From NCBI RefSeq assembly GCF_004010195.1, contig NC_057718.1:12508121-12572120 (forward strand): 64,000 bases of DNA. Direction: 5' to 3'. The notes beneath the pieces are model-generated. The model did not search any database. It saw nothing but the letters and a program-made list of their open reading frames with translations, and had not been told where the DNA came from. The position numbers and the translations under genes were made by a program. Of this stretch, positions 38,855-51,939 are shown in pieces. The stretch comes from Chiloscyllium plagiosum (Eukaryota). The stretch's first letter is position 1; each line of letters starts with the position of its first letter.

Positions 38855-39148
38855 GGTCACGGTCTAATGATATGAAGTAGGCCATTTAGGATTGAGATGA
38901 GGAGAAATGTCTTCACCCAGACAGTAGTCAGTCTGTGGAATTCTCTGTGACAGAAAGCAAGCTGAGGCCAAAACATTGAATATTTTCTAAAGGGCGCTGG
39001 ATATAATTCTTGGAGGTAAAAGGATCAAAGGATATGGAAAGAAAGCAGGAACAGAGTATTGATTTGGACAATCAGCCATGATCATATTGAATAATGTAGC
39101 AGACTCTAAGGGCTGAAGAGCCCACTGCTGCTCCTGTTTTCTATGTTT
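38855..39148 (+). mobile_element. CR1 3' end
   Basis: GAGATGAGGAGAAATGTCTTCACCCAGAC...CTGCTCCTGTTTTCTATGTTTC. Confidence 0.8.
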
Positions 39149-39639
39149 CTCCCTGGCATTGTGTCTGCACTAAATGGCATGTCAATAACACAGTAGTGAG
39201 AGCCTGGTATCACTGTTGGTGGAATGGTCAGTCTCCTGGCAAGCTGTCCCTTCCTGCCACCTGGATGATCCCTGAGTATAAGAGGACAAAAGACAATTAC
39301 AACTATACTATGACCTTTGAAAACATCATAAGCATCAGTGATGTTTATTTTTGAAAGGTTGTTATTGCCGAGATATAGTGAATAGTGAAAATAAAAACAC
39401 TTATTACCTGTGGTGTTGCATAATACTGTGGCAGTCATTGGCCACTGGTGATGACATATATTATCTAAGAAAATTGGATGTGTGAAATGTGCAAATAGGC
39501 TCGTGAATGAAACATTACAACATTATGGACAATATGGTGTTTTGATTATACATGCATGAAAGCAGAATGTGTACAACATATCTTTGACTTTTATTCACTC
39601 CATTCATGGGTTGTTAGCAGCACTGGCCAGAACAACATT

Positions 39640-40012
39640 CAGATACAGATTCAAGTTCCATTCCAGAATTTGAGCACAAAACTCAAGGCTGATCCGCCAG
39701 TGCAGTATTGACGAAGGGCTGCACCGTTGGAGCTGCTGTCTTTCCATTGAGATGTTCTACCAAGGCCCTCTGAATTCAACATCAAATATCTCCAGGTACT
39801 ATTCTGAAGAAGAGCAGGTCGTTAGCCCCAGTATCCTGACCAATATTTATCCTTCAACCAATATCCCAAAGATAGATTTATTCATTATTATCTCTGTGGA
39901 AGCTTATTGTCTGCAAATTAGTTGATGTATTTCCTACATAACTACAGTTACAAATTTCTTTGACCCTTAGTGATGTTCTGTGATTGTGAAAGCTACTATC
40001 TGCATGGGAGCA
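39640..40012 (+). mobile_element. Deu-domain SINE
   Basis: GAAGAAGAGCAGG..TCCTGACCAATATTTATCCTTCAACCAA, the Deu core. Confidence 0.7.
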
Positions 40013-40831
40013 TTCTTTATCTTTTAGCATTTGTTTCTGATTGTTAATTGTCCTTGAACAATTGGTGATGAGCCAGTTTCCTGAAAACAGCCAATGGGGC
40101 TGCTAGACAATTGAAGCGGGCTGTTAAGAGTCCAGTACTTTGCTGTATGTCTGCAGTCACATGTACAGATAGCAGATTTCCTCCCCTAAAGTACATTAGT
40201 GAACTAGATGGCTTTTTAGGATCATCCAGTGGTTTCATGGTCATTACTAGCGATGCCAAATTTCTTTTTGTTTCAAAGTTTACTCAATTAATGGTGTTTC
40301 AATCCCTAAGTTGCTATGGTGGGAGTTAACCTTAGGTCAGCAGATTATGAAGATCCAGGAATCATATGCTATCACTCACTAACACACAGGCTGAAGGTAT
40401 TATGTATTGACAATCCTCACCAATGCTCACCATGTTATATGTGTAATCCTCACCACAGCTCACTATGTTGCATATGCAATCCTCACTATTGCTCACCAGG
40501 TTGTATGAGGGTATCTGCATTATTACTCCCCATGGAATATGTTTGCTCTCACCATCCTTTTTTATGGTAGAGATCTACAGGATCTTCTTGGTCTGATGTG
40601 GTAACAGGAAAACCACTTGCTAGTGTCATGTGGAGAGGATCTTGTCTTATGTAGCAATGTAAGTTATTGCATGTTAGTAACTAAGAATGCGTTACATGTC
40701 ATGATAGATGTTGTTGCAATGATTATGAGGAAGACCTGGATTCTAATCTCACTCTTTTGTGATCGTAAATAGTTCTTTCACTAAGCTCATATGATATCAT
40801 CACATTGGGAATGTTAAATCAATCCTTACTA

Positions 40832-41182
40832 CAGATAGACAATCCTTTATCTGAAATCCTGAAATCCAAAAAGCTCCAAAGTCCAAAGGTTTTGTTGTGA
40901 AGTTTTTTTTTCTCATTAACAAGGTTGTTTGGCATGCAAACAGTTAACCCAAGTCGAAACCCACTCGATGCGTGTCACTCAGATGTGACATGGGGCGCGT
41001 GGCCCAGCACCAGCAGACCTTGATTCACTCTCAAGGCCTGTTTTACTTAGTGAGTCATGCTCCTCCTGTAAGATTTTTAAAACATTTCACCATCAAACTG
41101 TCACTTATTCTGAAATTCGAAAAAGTCTGAATTCCGAAAACCAGCTGGTCCCGAGCATTTCGGATAAAGGATTGTGCGCCTG
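40832..41182. mobile_element. Non-autonomous Tc1/mariner (Tigger/pogo-like) MITE, 351 bp
   Basis: Imperfect TIRs CAGATAGACAATCCTTTATCTGAAAT and ATTTCGGATAAAGGATTGTGCGCCTG, with TA on both sides (40830-40831 and 41183-41184). Confidence 0.85.
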
Positions 41183-41334
41183 TAATATCCTTTCAAAAAC
41201 TTCATCTTTATACAACAACTTATCCCAAGAATTTGTTTTCTCATTGTTATGAATTTGTTATTATTCATATACACAGGTATATAACTACATTTACCACAAC
41301 CTCATCTCCCACAACTCTTTACTTCAGGGTACAA

Positions 41335-42620
41335 TACGCTAAGACATGCCTGCAGTGTGACCAAGACTTGGGAACTGAACATGCAAAGGGTATTCAATCT
41401 TTATAAAGGACAGGAAAATAGATAAGGAGGTGGGTTGGCACTGTCGATGAAAGATGAATTCAGTGCAATAGTGAGAAAGGAAATCTAGATGTGGGATCAG
41501 TCTGGATGGAGCTAAGAAGCAACAATGGGAAGAAGACATTACTGTGATTGTCTACAGACCCCTTAACAGTAGTGGTGAGTTTGGGGCTGGCGTTAAACTG
41601 GAAATGAAAGATGTATGCTAGAAGGATGCTACAGCATCCAAGGGTTATCTAAAGTGGGCAAACCATATTAGAAATATTCTGGCAGATAAGGTTCTGGAAT
41701 GCATGCAAGATGGATGTTTAGACCAGTAGTTAGGAAGCATCTCGGGGGTAAGTTATCCTAGTCTAGGCATTGTGCAATGAAAAGGGTTTGATTAATAACT
41801 TTGTTGCGAGTGGTCCTTTAGGAAAAAAGTGACCACAACATGATGGTACTCTTCATTTGGATAGAAAGTGAGTAGTCCAATCCAAAATTAAGGTCCTAAA
41901 TTTAAATTTTTAAAAACGACAAAGATATAAGGGCATGTTATAGACTGGGTAACTTCATTGGAAGACAGGACAGTCAATATGGAATGGTTAGTATTTAATA
42001 TTTAAAGAATGGATGAATGCGCTGCAGCAGTGTTCTTATTTGGTGAAAGAAAACATCAGGAAAAGTGGTTCAACAATGATTAACAATGAAATTAAGGATA
42101 GTATTTGATCCAAGGAAGAGTTAGATAAATTTGATCAAAAAAATTGTAAACTTGAGGACTGTATGCAGTTCAGAATTCAGCAAAGGGAGACTAAGAGTTT
42201 GATTAAGAAGAGAAAAGTAGAGCATGTGAGTAAACTTGTAAGGAGCATAAAAGTGGGCTGTAAGACCTTATATAAGTGTCGAAAAGAAAAAGATTAGTGA
42301 AGACAAATGTAGGATCCCTTCAGTCTGAAATGGGAGATTTGATTACTGAAAACAAGGAAATGGCAGAGCAATTAAACGACTAGTGTAATAGGCAGCCATT
42401 TTGGAAGGAGATATTCCTTCACTCAAAGGGTAGTGAACCGATGGAATTCTGTACCATAGAAGACTATGGAAGCCACATTGGTAAAAATATTTATGAAAAT
42501 GTTAAGGGTCTGGGGAGAAAGTATGAGTATGGTGTATTGAGACAAAGAATCAGTCATGATCATGTAGAATGGTGGAGCAGGTTCAGTGGGCTGAATGGCC
42601 TACTTCTGTTCCTATTTGTT
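41335..42620 (+). mobile_element. Decayed CR1 LINE (endonuclease/tether region joined to the 3' end)
   Basis: Degenerate EN motifs (KDRK..GGGLAL; VYRP; SDHNM-like) and a CR1 tail at 42585-42615. Confidence 0.75.
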
Positions 42621-42626
42621 AAGACG

Positions 42627-42952
42627 TGGGCAGCATGGTGGCACAGTGGTCAGCACTGCTGTCTCACAATGCCAGAGACCCGGTGTTCAATTCCCGCCTC
42701 AGGCGACTGTGTGAAGTTTGCACATTCTCCCAGTGTCTGCGTGGGTTTCCTCCAGGTGCTCCGATTTCCTCCCACAGTCCAAAGATGTGCAGGTTAGGTG
42801 AACTGGCCATGCTAAATTGCCCGTACTGTTAGGTGAAGGGGTAAATTTAGGGGAATGGGTCTGGGTGAGTTACGCTTCGGCAGTTCGGTGTGGACTTGTT
42901 GGGCCAAAGGCCCTGTTTCCACACTGTAAGTGATCTAATCTAATCTAAAAAA
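42627..42952 (+). mobile_element. Full-length HE1 SINE
   Basis: A/B boxes (GGTGGCACAGTGG; GTTCAATTCCC), V-domain, and tail TCTAATCTAATCT-A(n). Near-TSD AAGACGTG/AAGACATG. Confidence 0.92.
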
Positions 42953-45900
42953 AGACATGTAATTCCTTCAGAAAGGATGATTGTCCTATAATCCTTTCCT
43001 TTCTACAGTATCTTGGATCAATTTCTGATAACTTTGTTGTGGATCTCTGGACATTGGTAATCCTTTCTGCGTGGCAGCTCCAATGGGATTGTGTGCCTCA
43101 CATCTTCAATTTGGGTCAGCAAATTTATTTTTATTCTTACTCTGACAATAAATCTGTGTTGAAGTGTGCAAACTCTTCAGTGTGTTGTTTCGTTTATCCT
43201 CAGTGATTATGTTACTGGCAAAACCAATATGTTCACTTCCTAAGTTCTGCTATTTAAGGAATATTTCTGGCTTGGCATGATCTCTGGTGTTATTACTAAG
43301 GACTCTTCCTGTGAAGATAAGGAAGTGAAATTCTGTGGAAATGTGTCTTCTGAATCACCTCAGCGTCTGACATCAGACTTAAATCTGTCATCAATATTTG
43401 TTCACTAAGCCACGTTGCCTCAGTTGAAGATGCATCAGTCAGCTGACTTTGGGTATGCTGCTCAGTGGCTATGTGGATGCTGGTGTTAAACTTGCTTCCC
43501 TGGAGGTTTCCATTTGGCCTACAAAAAGAAAGAAAATTCTTATGCTGACCTAGTTAATCATGATGAATTGTGCTTTCTGCTTGGATTCTGCCATGAGACT
43601 AGGGGGATGTATGACATCTTTTACCAGTTATCCTTTTACCAATAATTCCACAAATAGCTGTTCCTTCGCCAAATGTATTTTGTTCCATGATTGGCTGTTT
43701 CTGGGCCAGTTGTTTCTCGACTTAAACTAGTTCAACTCCTTCCATCATTTAATGAAGATTGAGGTCAAAAAAATACATTTGTATGCAAAACGTAAGAAAT
43801 TTTCAATGTGGATTATTTATATGGTTACTACTAAATGGCACTCTTGTGTTGGAGAATTGCTTGTAGTAGACCTTTTAATCTTAAGTGCTATACCTACCGG
43901 ACCAAGTAATTGTACTGCTGTCAGCTAAGCTTGTTTTCAACCATGGTTCACTATTGAATAATATAACGACACTGCCCATTTATCAAGTTTGAAATTAGTT
44001 AGATGCCTGTTGACATTAATATACTCTTGAAAAATAGCTAGGGCTGGATCATCTATTTGTCTTTATATATTTGTTGTTTTAATTGTTTACAAGACTTTCA
44101 ATTTGGGAATAATAGCAGTGGCGATGCTGTATGCCGTTATTGGATTTTCCTGTGTTTCTACAGTCAAAACAGAGGAATCTCACTTCTTCTAAGTCGTTGG
44201 AGGATTCCTGGTTTTTTGCAGCCTCTTTGGATGAAAACTGCAATTTGCAGCCTCAATAAATGATGCCCATTTCCTTAAATAATTTGCTGTATGAAGCACG
44301 TTGCCAGCAGTTTTAGTAATGGTACCAACTTTAATTATGTATTTTTCCAGCTGATTCTCATTGTCTGTGGATTATATAACTCCAGCCTATAATGCAGTTT
44401 TAATAATGGACCTCCTTCCTCTACGTAGCCCTAATGAAATCCTTCTTCTTCCATCAGCCTGCTTAAGCTTCGAATATGTTTCTTTATTGCTTTATTTCTG
44501 GCTTTGTGATGTCCCGGTGGGTCTGTGACCTTGGTTTTAAGTGTTTCTGTAGCTCATGATTTCACTTATTATAGTGTGCCTCATGGTGACTGCTTGTTAT
44601 ACAGTGATGTTCGATCTGAGCTGTGAGTGCTCTTCTCTCCTTCTAGCTTCCCAACTTGTTTTCAACTTTGTTTCTCCACTGCTTTTTGAAGTTTTCCCTT
44701 ACCCACCAAGGATTTTAACTTTACTCATGGAGCCTCAGCTGGTCTGTTCAGTATGGAGCTGAACCTTGACTCAGGACTGTCCTAGTGGTTTTGCTACCAT
44801 TTGACATATATGACATGTTTTACAGAACTGCATTAAGTCTTAAGGAAGTCTTGGCCATGTAAAATAGGTCTCTATTAATGTTGGCATTTTCCTTACTGCC
44901 ACAGGAACGTCATATGCTACTAGCAATATCTTCTCACAATATCTGGATGGTACAGCTATTTGGTGAACAATCATCCATTCTTCATCTCCAGGTCCATGAG
45001 GATTCTTCCACTTGTTCATTAGAACTCTTTTTTTTTAATGTAATAGCACTCTGAAACTCTTTCAGCCTCAGCTTCAGTGTGAGCTGTCAGTTCTAACGTA
45101 TTTCACTCTGGATCTGCTTCCTGACCCTCAAAGATGTGCCAAACATTTCTTTTGAACTATTGTCATTCTTCAGTATAGTTTCAGCTCCCCTACCATCTGT
45201 TTATGGTATTATTGTGACCTCTGATGATGGACTTTGTTTAGCCATTGCTTTAGTCGCTACACATGATGGAAAAATACTTGCAACTTGTTCCTGCAACTGT
45301 TCTGTCTCTCCAGCTTTCCATTATTATAGGTGAAGTTATGACTTTCACTTCTGCCAAATTACTCCCCAGAAGTAAATCTGACTTATTCACAGCTAATTTG
45401 CTAACTACCCTGATGAAACTAGTCCAGACAACAAGACACATTCCAATTGGACCTGGACTAATGAAATTGGGATATACCCTTCACCTATTCCATTTACCAA
45501 CACTTTAGCTTTCAATGAACTGTGTAGAGAGAAATCTAAATCATTCTCTACCAAGAGAGTTTGTGTAGCCCCTGAACATCTTAAAATAGGTCAAGACTTG
45601 TTTGCTTTCTTTGAAGAAAAAGGGGTTATCTTCTCTTTAGATATAAAAAAAAACCTCATATCTCTTCTACACTTACAACCATGTCTATTTCCACTCTCTC
45701 AGTCATGGTTAAACCTGCAGTCTGATCCGTGGTCATCTTCTGAGTTTCCTTTAAAGATTCATGCTTATGGACACCAATAAGTTCTCTGGGTTTCCCTTTC
45801 AACTTCCAGTATTCTGAATGAATGTGTTCTAGTTTATTACAATGGAAACACCTCGGGTTCTGATTTCCCCCACAACCCTCAGTATTTTTCTTTGTGATCT

Positions 45901-45967
45901 GAGAAGAATACCTTCAGACATTGCCAGCTTTCCATTCTTTACCTTGACCACTTGCTTTCCTTTTGTA

Positions 45968-46125
45968 GATTCATAGAATCCTTATGGTGTGGTAGCAGGC
46001 CATGTGGCCCATTGAGTCTACACCAACCCTCTGAACAGCATCCTACCCAGACCTACCTCCCTACCCCATCGTTGTAACTCTGCATTTCCCATGGCACATC
46101 CACCTAACCTGCATGTTTTGGACTC
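45968..46125 (-). mobile_element. HE1 SINE 3' tail nested in the Gypsy remnant
   Basis: CATAGAATCC...CCACCTAACCTGCATGTTTTGGACT. Confidence 0.75.
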
Positions 46126-46518
46126 TCCCATTTTGTATCCCTTTTGAATTTATGAGGATGTTGGTAAAAAGGTTTAGTTTTATGAATTAATTCATCATAG
46201 GCAGACATTATTATTACGATTTATTATTATGAAAGGTAGTGAGTTTTTACATTATTCTAAGTTAATAACCTCTCTGAAGTTTCAGCTTCCAATGATGTTA
46301 TCCACCTGTTATAATTACTTTGATTAACCCTCAAATTCAACACAGGTTTGTCCAGGCTGATTCTTTAAATTCTACAACCTTTGCCTATATCCCTCAGGCA
46401 CCAACTTGTATACAGCCAGCACAGTCTTCTTCACTGCGTCATAATTCTGAAAAACCTCCTCTGACAGTGAAGCATTAATCTCCTGTACTTTACCTGCCAC
46501 CCTACTTTGCATGAGCAA

Positions 46519-46649
46519 AGTTTCCTGAAGAAGGTCTTATGCCCGAAACGTCGATTCTCCTGTTCCCTGGATGCTGCCTGACCTGCTGCGCTTTTCCAGC
46601 AACACATTTTCAGCTCTGATCTCCAGCATCTGCAGTCCTCACTTTCTCC
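46519..46649 (+). mobile_element. 131-bp Penelope-derived element with 12-bp TSD and hammerhead core
   Basis: TTGCATGAGCAA occurs at 46507-46518 and 46650-46661. The insert contains CTGAAGAAGGTCTTATGCCCGAAACGTCGATT, and removing it restores gag WTLLMQSRVAG. Confidence 0.9.
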
Positions 46650-47134
46650 TTGCATGAGCAATGTCCAGCCTTCTTTTTCCCAATTCATTTGCCAGGGTTC
46701 TGCACCTCCTGATGCTGCCTTGCTTGCTGTGTTCTTCCAGCCTCCTGCCTGTCTACTTTGGAAGCCAGCATCTACAGTTTATTTTTGTCTCAATTCCTTT
46801 GCTTAGCCATTTTATGAAATGATATGAAACATGCCTCCTCATCTCTTTCCTCAAAGTTTTGTCAGCAAACTTATACATGTCCTTACTAGACCTCAAACTA
46901 TGGCTCCGATCATCCCAACCTGCATCAAATCAGACATCTCAATTGTGCCATTTTTAGCTTAGCTCATATTCTCTCTCGTCTTTTCCTTTGTACGTCTGTT
47001 GTTTTTTATTCCACAGACTTGGTGAGGTTCTCTGAGGTCTTATTTCTGGTAAATCTCTTTACAGTCCACAATTTTTAAAGACACAAAAATAAAAAGACAC
47101 GATTCTTAAAAACAAGAAGAAGTATTATCTTAAA

Positions 47135-47282
47135 AAAGAGTCATGATTTGGAGAAGCCGGTGTTGGACTGGGGTGTACAACGTTAAAAATCACACAACAC
47201 CAGGTTATAGTCCAACAGGTTTAAAGCTAATGTGCTTCCAATTAAACCTGTTGGACTATAACCTGGTGTTGTGTGATTTTTA
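47135..47282. mobile_element. Short palindromic insert, probably Penelope-family termini
   Basis: Perfect 41-bp inverted repeat at 47184-47224 and 47242-47282. TATCTTAAA occurs on both sides. Confidence 0.7.
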
Positions 47283-47299
47283 TCTTAAATAAGATGGAG

Positions 47300-48281
47300 T
47301 GTTATGGTTCCAGCTAATGTTATTATTGGTTAAATTAGATTCCAGACTGAAATCTGGCTTAATAGACTTTTTTTATTTAATAAGGTGGTGTTTCCTTAAA
47401 ACACAAGCACACAATGATACAGATTTAGTTTTGATAGTAAAATAGAAGCTTATTATGCAAAAACTGAAGCTTATTATGCAAAAAAGAGAATATATCAAGC
47501 TATTTTCATCTAACGATGCAAAAGACTTCAAAATGCATGATAAAATAAAAACTGTCCCACCTATCCAAACACCTTTACTTGATAGTACTCAAACACCACT
47601 GTTTGCACTGTTGCCTCACAGCGCCAGAGATCTGGGTTCAATTCCCGCCTCAGGCGACTGACTGTGTGGAGTTTGCACATTCTCCCCGTGTCTGCGTGGG
47701 TTTCCTCCGGGTGCTCTGGTTTCCTCCCACAGTCCAAAGATGTGCAGGTCAGGTGAATTGGCCATGCTAAATTGCCCGTAGTGTGAGGTAAGGGGTAAAT
47801 GTAGGGGTATGGGTGGGTTGCGGGTCGGTGTGGACTTGTTGGGCCGAAGGGCCTGTTTCCACACTGTAATGTAATCTAATCTAATCTAAAAAAAAACCAC
47901 ATCATTCAATTTCTGATCTCAAAGGTTTGATAGCCTCTTCCTTGATTATTTACACAATAGAACTTAAGTCTTTCTCAGTTTCAAATAACTCTTCACTGTT
48001 CAAACCAGTGCATGGCATATTAAACAAACATTACCAGATGCAATAAAACTTTTGTCCACTCCTACCTTGAAGGTAGGATTTTATTGAAAAGGTTTCATTG
48101 TACTGAGTATTTATGGCATGCAAATGCATAAGAGGTTTGAATCACTACAGGATGGCACATTGCTCGACATGCCACTGACTTCATCACAGTACAGCCCACC
48201 ACTGAGAAATTGAATTCTTGCATCCTGCCTAATTCAGACAGTTCACATACCTCACTTTCCATTCTTTCAAACTTCATAACA
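47300..48281 (-). mobile_element. LTR (TGTTATG...CATAACA) containing an HE1 insertion
   Basis: 7-bp terminal inverted repeat. A PPT-like AAAGAGAGGGGA lies immediately upstream on the minus strand (48282-48293). No TSD. Confidence 0.65.
47594..47895 (+). mobile_element. HE1 SINE (5'-clipped)
   Basis: Closely similar to 42627-42952, with tail TAATCTAATCTAATCT-A(n). Confidence 0.92.
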
Positions 48282-49556
48282 TCCCCTCTCTTTGGTGGGT
48301 GTCACCTCTGCGTATGTCCGAAAAATGAAAATAACAGATTTTATGTATTTTAATCAAGGAGAAACATTGATCTATGACCAGCACTGTTCATTTCACTTCC
48401 TCAGTACCATAGAGATTTTAATCATGGCTTCAATTTGTTCCCAGACCACATTAAGTGGTCAATTCAAGTAAGGCCTTTGTACTCACAAAGTTGGTAAACC
48501 TATCAGCCAGCCCAGAATCTATGTTGTGCTTGCAAGAGATAACTTGTAGTTTATGGAATGGTGTGTTTACTGACTGCTGTTACCTGGGACGTCAACCCAG
48601 TGCCTTAGTGTTTGTGGGAATCCTGTGACCATGCTGGAGTGGACAAGGGATTTGACAACACAGAGCTTGAAGTTTCATTCATTAACCTCTAAAGGAAGAT
48701 GAACTAAAACTGAGGTATGCACCACGGAATGTACTGCTCCAATTCTTTAAAAGATGGGTAAGATCTGAATTATTGATAAATTGTGAGATGTAGTTTAGAA
48801 GCTTGTGCAGGTTTCTCCTTTCTCTTCAGCTGATTGCTGCTGGATGGGTGACGAGAAAAAAGTTCTGGGATGGGGTGGGGGGTGCTCTGATCCAGCAAAT
48901 GTTGACATGAAGACATTAGGCATCTACTGAACTGCCCTTTTTGGCAGCAGATGTCAAGAATTTGGACATGCATTTGAAGTCTTCGTTAACTGCTCTGTTT
49001 ACCTGACAGTCCCAAACTGCACAAACACACCAAAATCTCGCATTTACACAAACTACTTCTCAAAGCTTCTCGAGTGCTCCCATGATCCGATATTTTTACC
49101 GGAAAGAGTTAACTGACATCACCAGATAAGCTTCACCCATTAGCATAGTAAGGACTGATTCTGAGAGAGTATTTGGAAACTGTAGCTTCACATTAGGGAA
49201 CGTGAGGGTGGAGTGGTAATGTCACTGGACCTGAACTAACATTCTGGGTTATGGCTTTGAATCTTGCCATGGTCAATATTAAAATCTGAGTTCAATAACA
49301 ACCTGCAATTAAAAACCTACACTTATGTAAGCACTGCCAAACACCATAAAAATAAGTGAGTCCAAGTGAAAAGTATTTTCGAAACCTAATCTTACATTTG
49401 CATGATCAAGTTTCAAGCGTCCCTAACTCAGTGTATGCTGTATCTTCAATAATGTTTTAATCAAGCAGTAAGTGAGGCAGTAGACATTCAGCTCTATGGG
49501 TGTGTTGCCAGGGACAGTTTTACCCACTGCCAGACTTTTGGTGATTTAACCATAGA

Positions 49557-49579
49557 GGTGTGTGTGTGTGTGTGTGTGT
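49557..49579. repeat. (GT)n microsatellite
   Basis: Seen directly. Confidence 0.9.
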
Positions 49580-49954
49580 TTGGACAATATAGCACAAATA
49601 TCCAGGAGGAGAAGGAAGAACAATTCTGTCCCATCTATCAGTGAGGAATTGAAAAAAAAAATCCCAAGCAGCTACTCTCTTTCTGCAAACTCTCTACATG
49701 AAGTAAAAGAGGGGAAAAAACACCTTCAGAAGCCCTGAAAGGGCAAATCCTCAATTGAGAAACAGAAGGTTGAGAATTGATGTGAATACAATCTTCAGTC
49801 GACCTCAAGGAGCCAACTGGAATATGAAGTGAACTGAAGGAAAATATATAATTGATGCCGATAACCTGGACTGGTGCCTCACTATGCTTCACTGACATTT
49901 TTCTGGTTCATCCCCACCAGTAGTATTTGTGTCTCTTTGTTTGTTTGTATTTGG

Positions 49955-51222
49955 ATGTGATTTTTCAGTCTTTGACAAGGTGCCGGCATGGGACACTGCT
50001 AAATAAGGTAAGAACCATAGTGTTAGGGGCAAGGTACTGAAATGGGTAGAGGATTAACTGACTGGCAGAAGGCAGACAGTGGGTCTTTTCCACAATGGCA
50101 GCAGTGACTAGTGGAATTCTGCAGGGGTCTGTGTTGGCATGACAACTATTCATGTTTATTTTTTATTCATTCTTGGGATGAGGGCGTCACTGGCTAGGCC
50201 AGCATTTATTGCCATCCCTAATTGCCCAGAGGGCAGTTAAGAATCAATCACATTGCTGTGGGTCTGGAGTCACACCAGGCACCCAGTATAATGCTATACA
50301 TTAACAATTTACCCAAAGGAATTGAGGGCATGGTTGCTTGGTTTGCAGATGACACAAATATAGGTGGAGGGACAGGTAGTGTTGAGAAAGTGGGGAGGCT
50401 GCAGAAGGACATGGACAGGTTAGTAGAGTGGGCAAAGAAGTGGCAGATGGAATAAAATGAGGAAAGCATGAGGTTATGCACTTTGGTAGGAAGAATAAGG
50501 GCATAGACTATTTTATAAATGAGGAGAGGCTTCAGAAAACTGAAGCACAAGAGGACTTGGGAACCCTAGTTCAGGATTTTCTTAAGGTTAACATGCAAGT
50601 TCAGTTGGCAATTAGGCAAATGCAATATTAGTATTCATTTCAATAAGAGCTAGAATACAAGAGCAGAGATTTGCTGCTGAGGTTATATAAGATTCTGGTC
50701 AAACCACATTTGGAATAATGTATGCAGTTTTGGACCAATATCTAAGGAAGGATGTGCTGGTTTACAAGAATAATCCCAGGGACAAAGTGCTTGTCATACA
50801 AGGAGCAGTTGAGGACTCTGGGTCAGTGAAGGAGTTTAGAAGGATGAAGGGGAAATCTCATTCAACCTTAGAGTACTGAGAAGTCTGGATAGACTATATG
50901 TGGAGAAGAATTTTCCACTAGTAGCAGAGACTAGGACCTGAAGGCAAAGGCTCAGAATGAAGTGATGACCCTTTAGAACTGAGATGAGGAGGAATTTTTT
51001 CAGTCAGAGAGTGGTGAATCTGCGGAACTCATTACTACAATAAGTTGTGGAGGCTAATTTGCTGACTGTTTTTAAGACAGAGATGAATAGGTTCTTAATT
51101 AGTGAGTGGATTGAGGATTACAGGAATACAGGAGAATTGAGAAACATATCAGCCATGATCAAATAGTGGAGTAGACTCGATGGGCCGAATGGCCTAATTC
51201 TGCTCCTATATTTTATGGTCTT
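49955..51222 (+). mobile_element. CR1 LINE RT to 3' fragment, interrupted by a SINE tail (50160-50275)
   Basis: FDKVP.. and WFADDTNIGG..LQKDMDRLVEWAKKWQME (RT FADD motif), with a CR1 tail at 51180-51222. Confidence 0.88.
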
Positions 51223-51529
51223 AAAAGGAATAGACTTTCTATTATAGAGGGTTATAAGTTAATCATTTATGTTTCTTTTCTGCTTTTAGTTGAAAACAAT
51301 CTGTTTACAAATAATATTTCTGCTAATTACAGAAACCTGATGAGCTTTTTCTTTTAACCTGGGTTCTTCAGTTAGGTAAACTGGAGATTTAGGATAGTTA
51401 TATCTTTTCAAATTTATGACAATTCTCGGCTTGATTCCCAGCCATTCCTCCAGTGAATTGTGACAACAAGCAAAATGAAAGCTGTTGTTCCTTGGGCTTT
51501 CTTGAACAGATTATTAATTATTTCTAAGG

Positions 51530-51852
51530 TGAGATATTAAATTCAGGTGAGTATGTCTGCCCGCCAGGGTGGAGATAAAAGTTCCCATGGCACAATTTTA
51601 AAAAAGAGCAGGGGAGTTTAAATTGAATTAGCTTCAATATGTCTGGTGTTCTGACTAACACCCATATAACATAAACAGATTAGCTAGTCATTATCACATT
51701 GCTATTTGTGGGAGTTTGCAATGTGAAAATTGGCTGCCATATCTCCTGCTCTATAACAGTGACTGTGCTTCAAAAATACTTAATTGACTGGAAAGCATTT
51801 TCTCACATCCTGAGGTCATTTAAAATGCTATATAAATGCAAGGCTTTCTTTG
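51530..51852 (+). mobile_element. Deu-domain SINE
   Basis: TCCCATGGCAC..AAGAGCAGGGGAG..GTCATTATCACATTGCTATTTGTGGGAG..GCTATATAAATGCAAG. Confidence 0.75.
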
Positions 51853-51939
51853 AATATCCTTTTAAAATTTGTGCTACCTGATTCACTAACAAATAGCAAT
51901 ATTGTTTGCGATTTACATTTTCATCAAATATACATTTGA

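Larger units (their letters stand above)
43750..47050 (-). mobile_element. Decayed Gypsy LTR retrotransposon internal region (Gmr1-like; SCAN-like gag, CCHC, PR, INT)
   Basis: The minus strand shows gag FEERDEEACFISFHKMAK / WTLLMQSRVAG..YKLVPEGYRQRL.NLKNQPGQT (46860-46340), knuckle CFHCNKLEH (about 45850-45820), protease ILRCSGATQTLL..VLVNGIGEGYIP (45590-45470) and integrase zinc finger YFTWPRL..FCKTCHICQMVAKP (44870-44785). Confidence 0.85.

Noticed and set aside
42627..42700. tRNA gene
   Set aside because: The A/B boxes belong to the HE1 SINE head. There is no cloverleaf, and the sequence runs on into the V-domain.
43355..43540. Minus-strand acceptor TTTCTTTCTTTTTGTAG followed by an open frame
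   Set aside because: It lies just downstream of the Gypsy remnant, the donor is weak (GTGATT) and the peptide is unrecognised.
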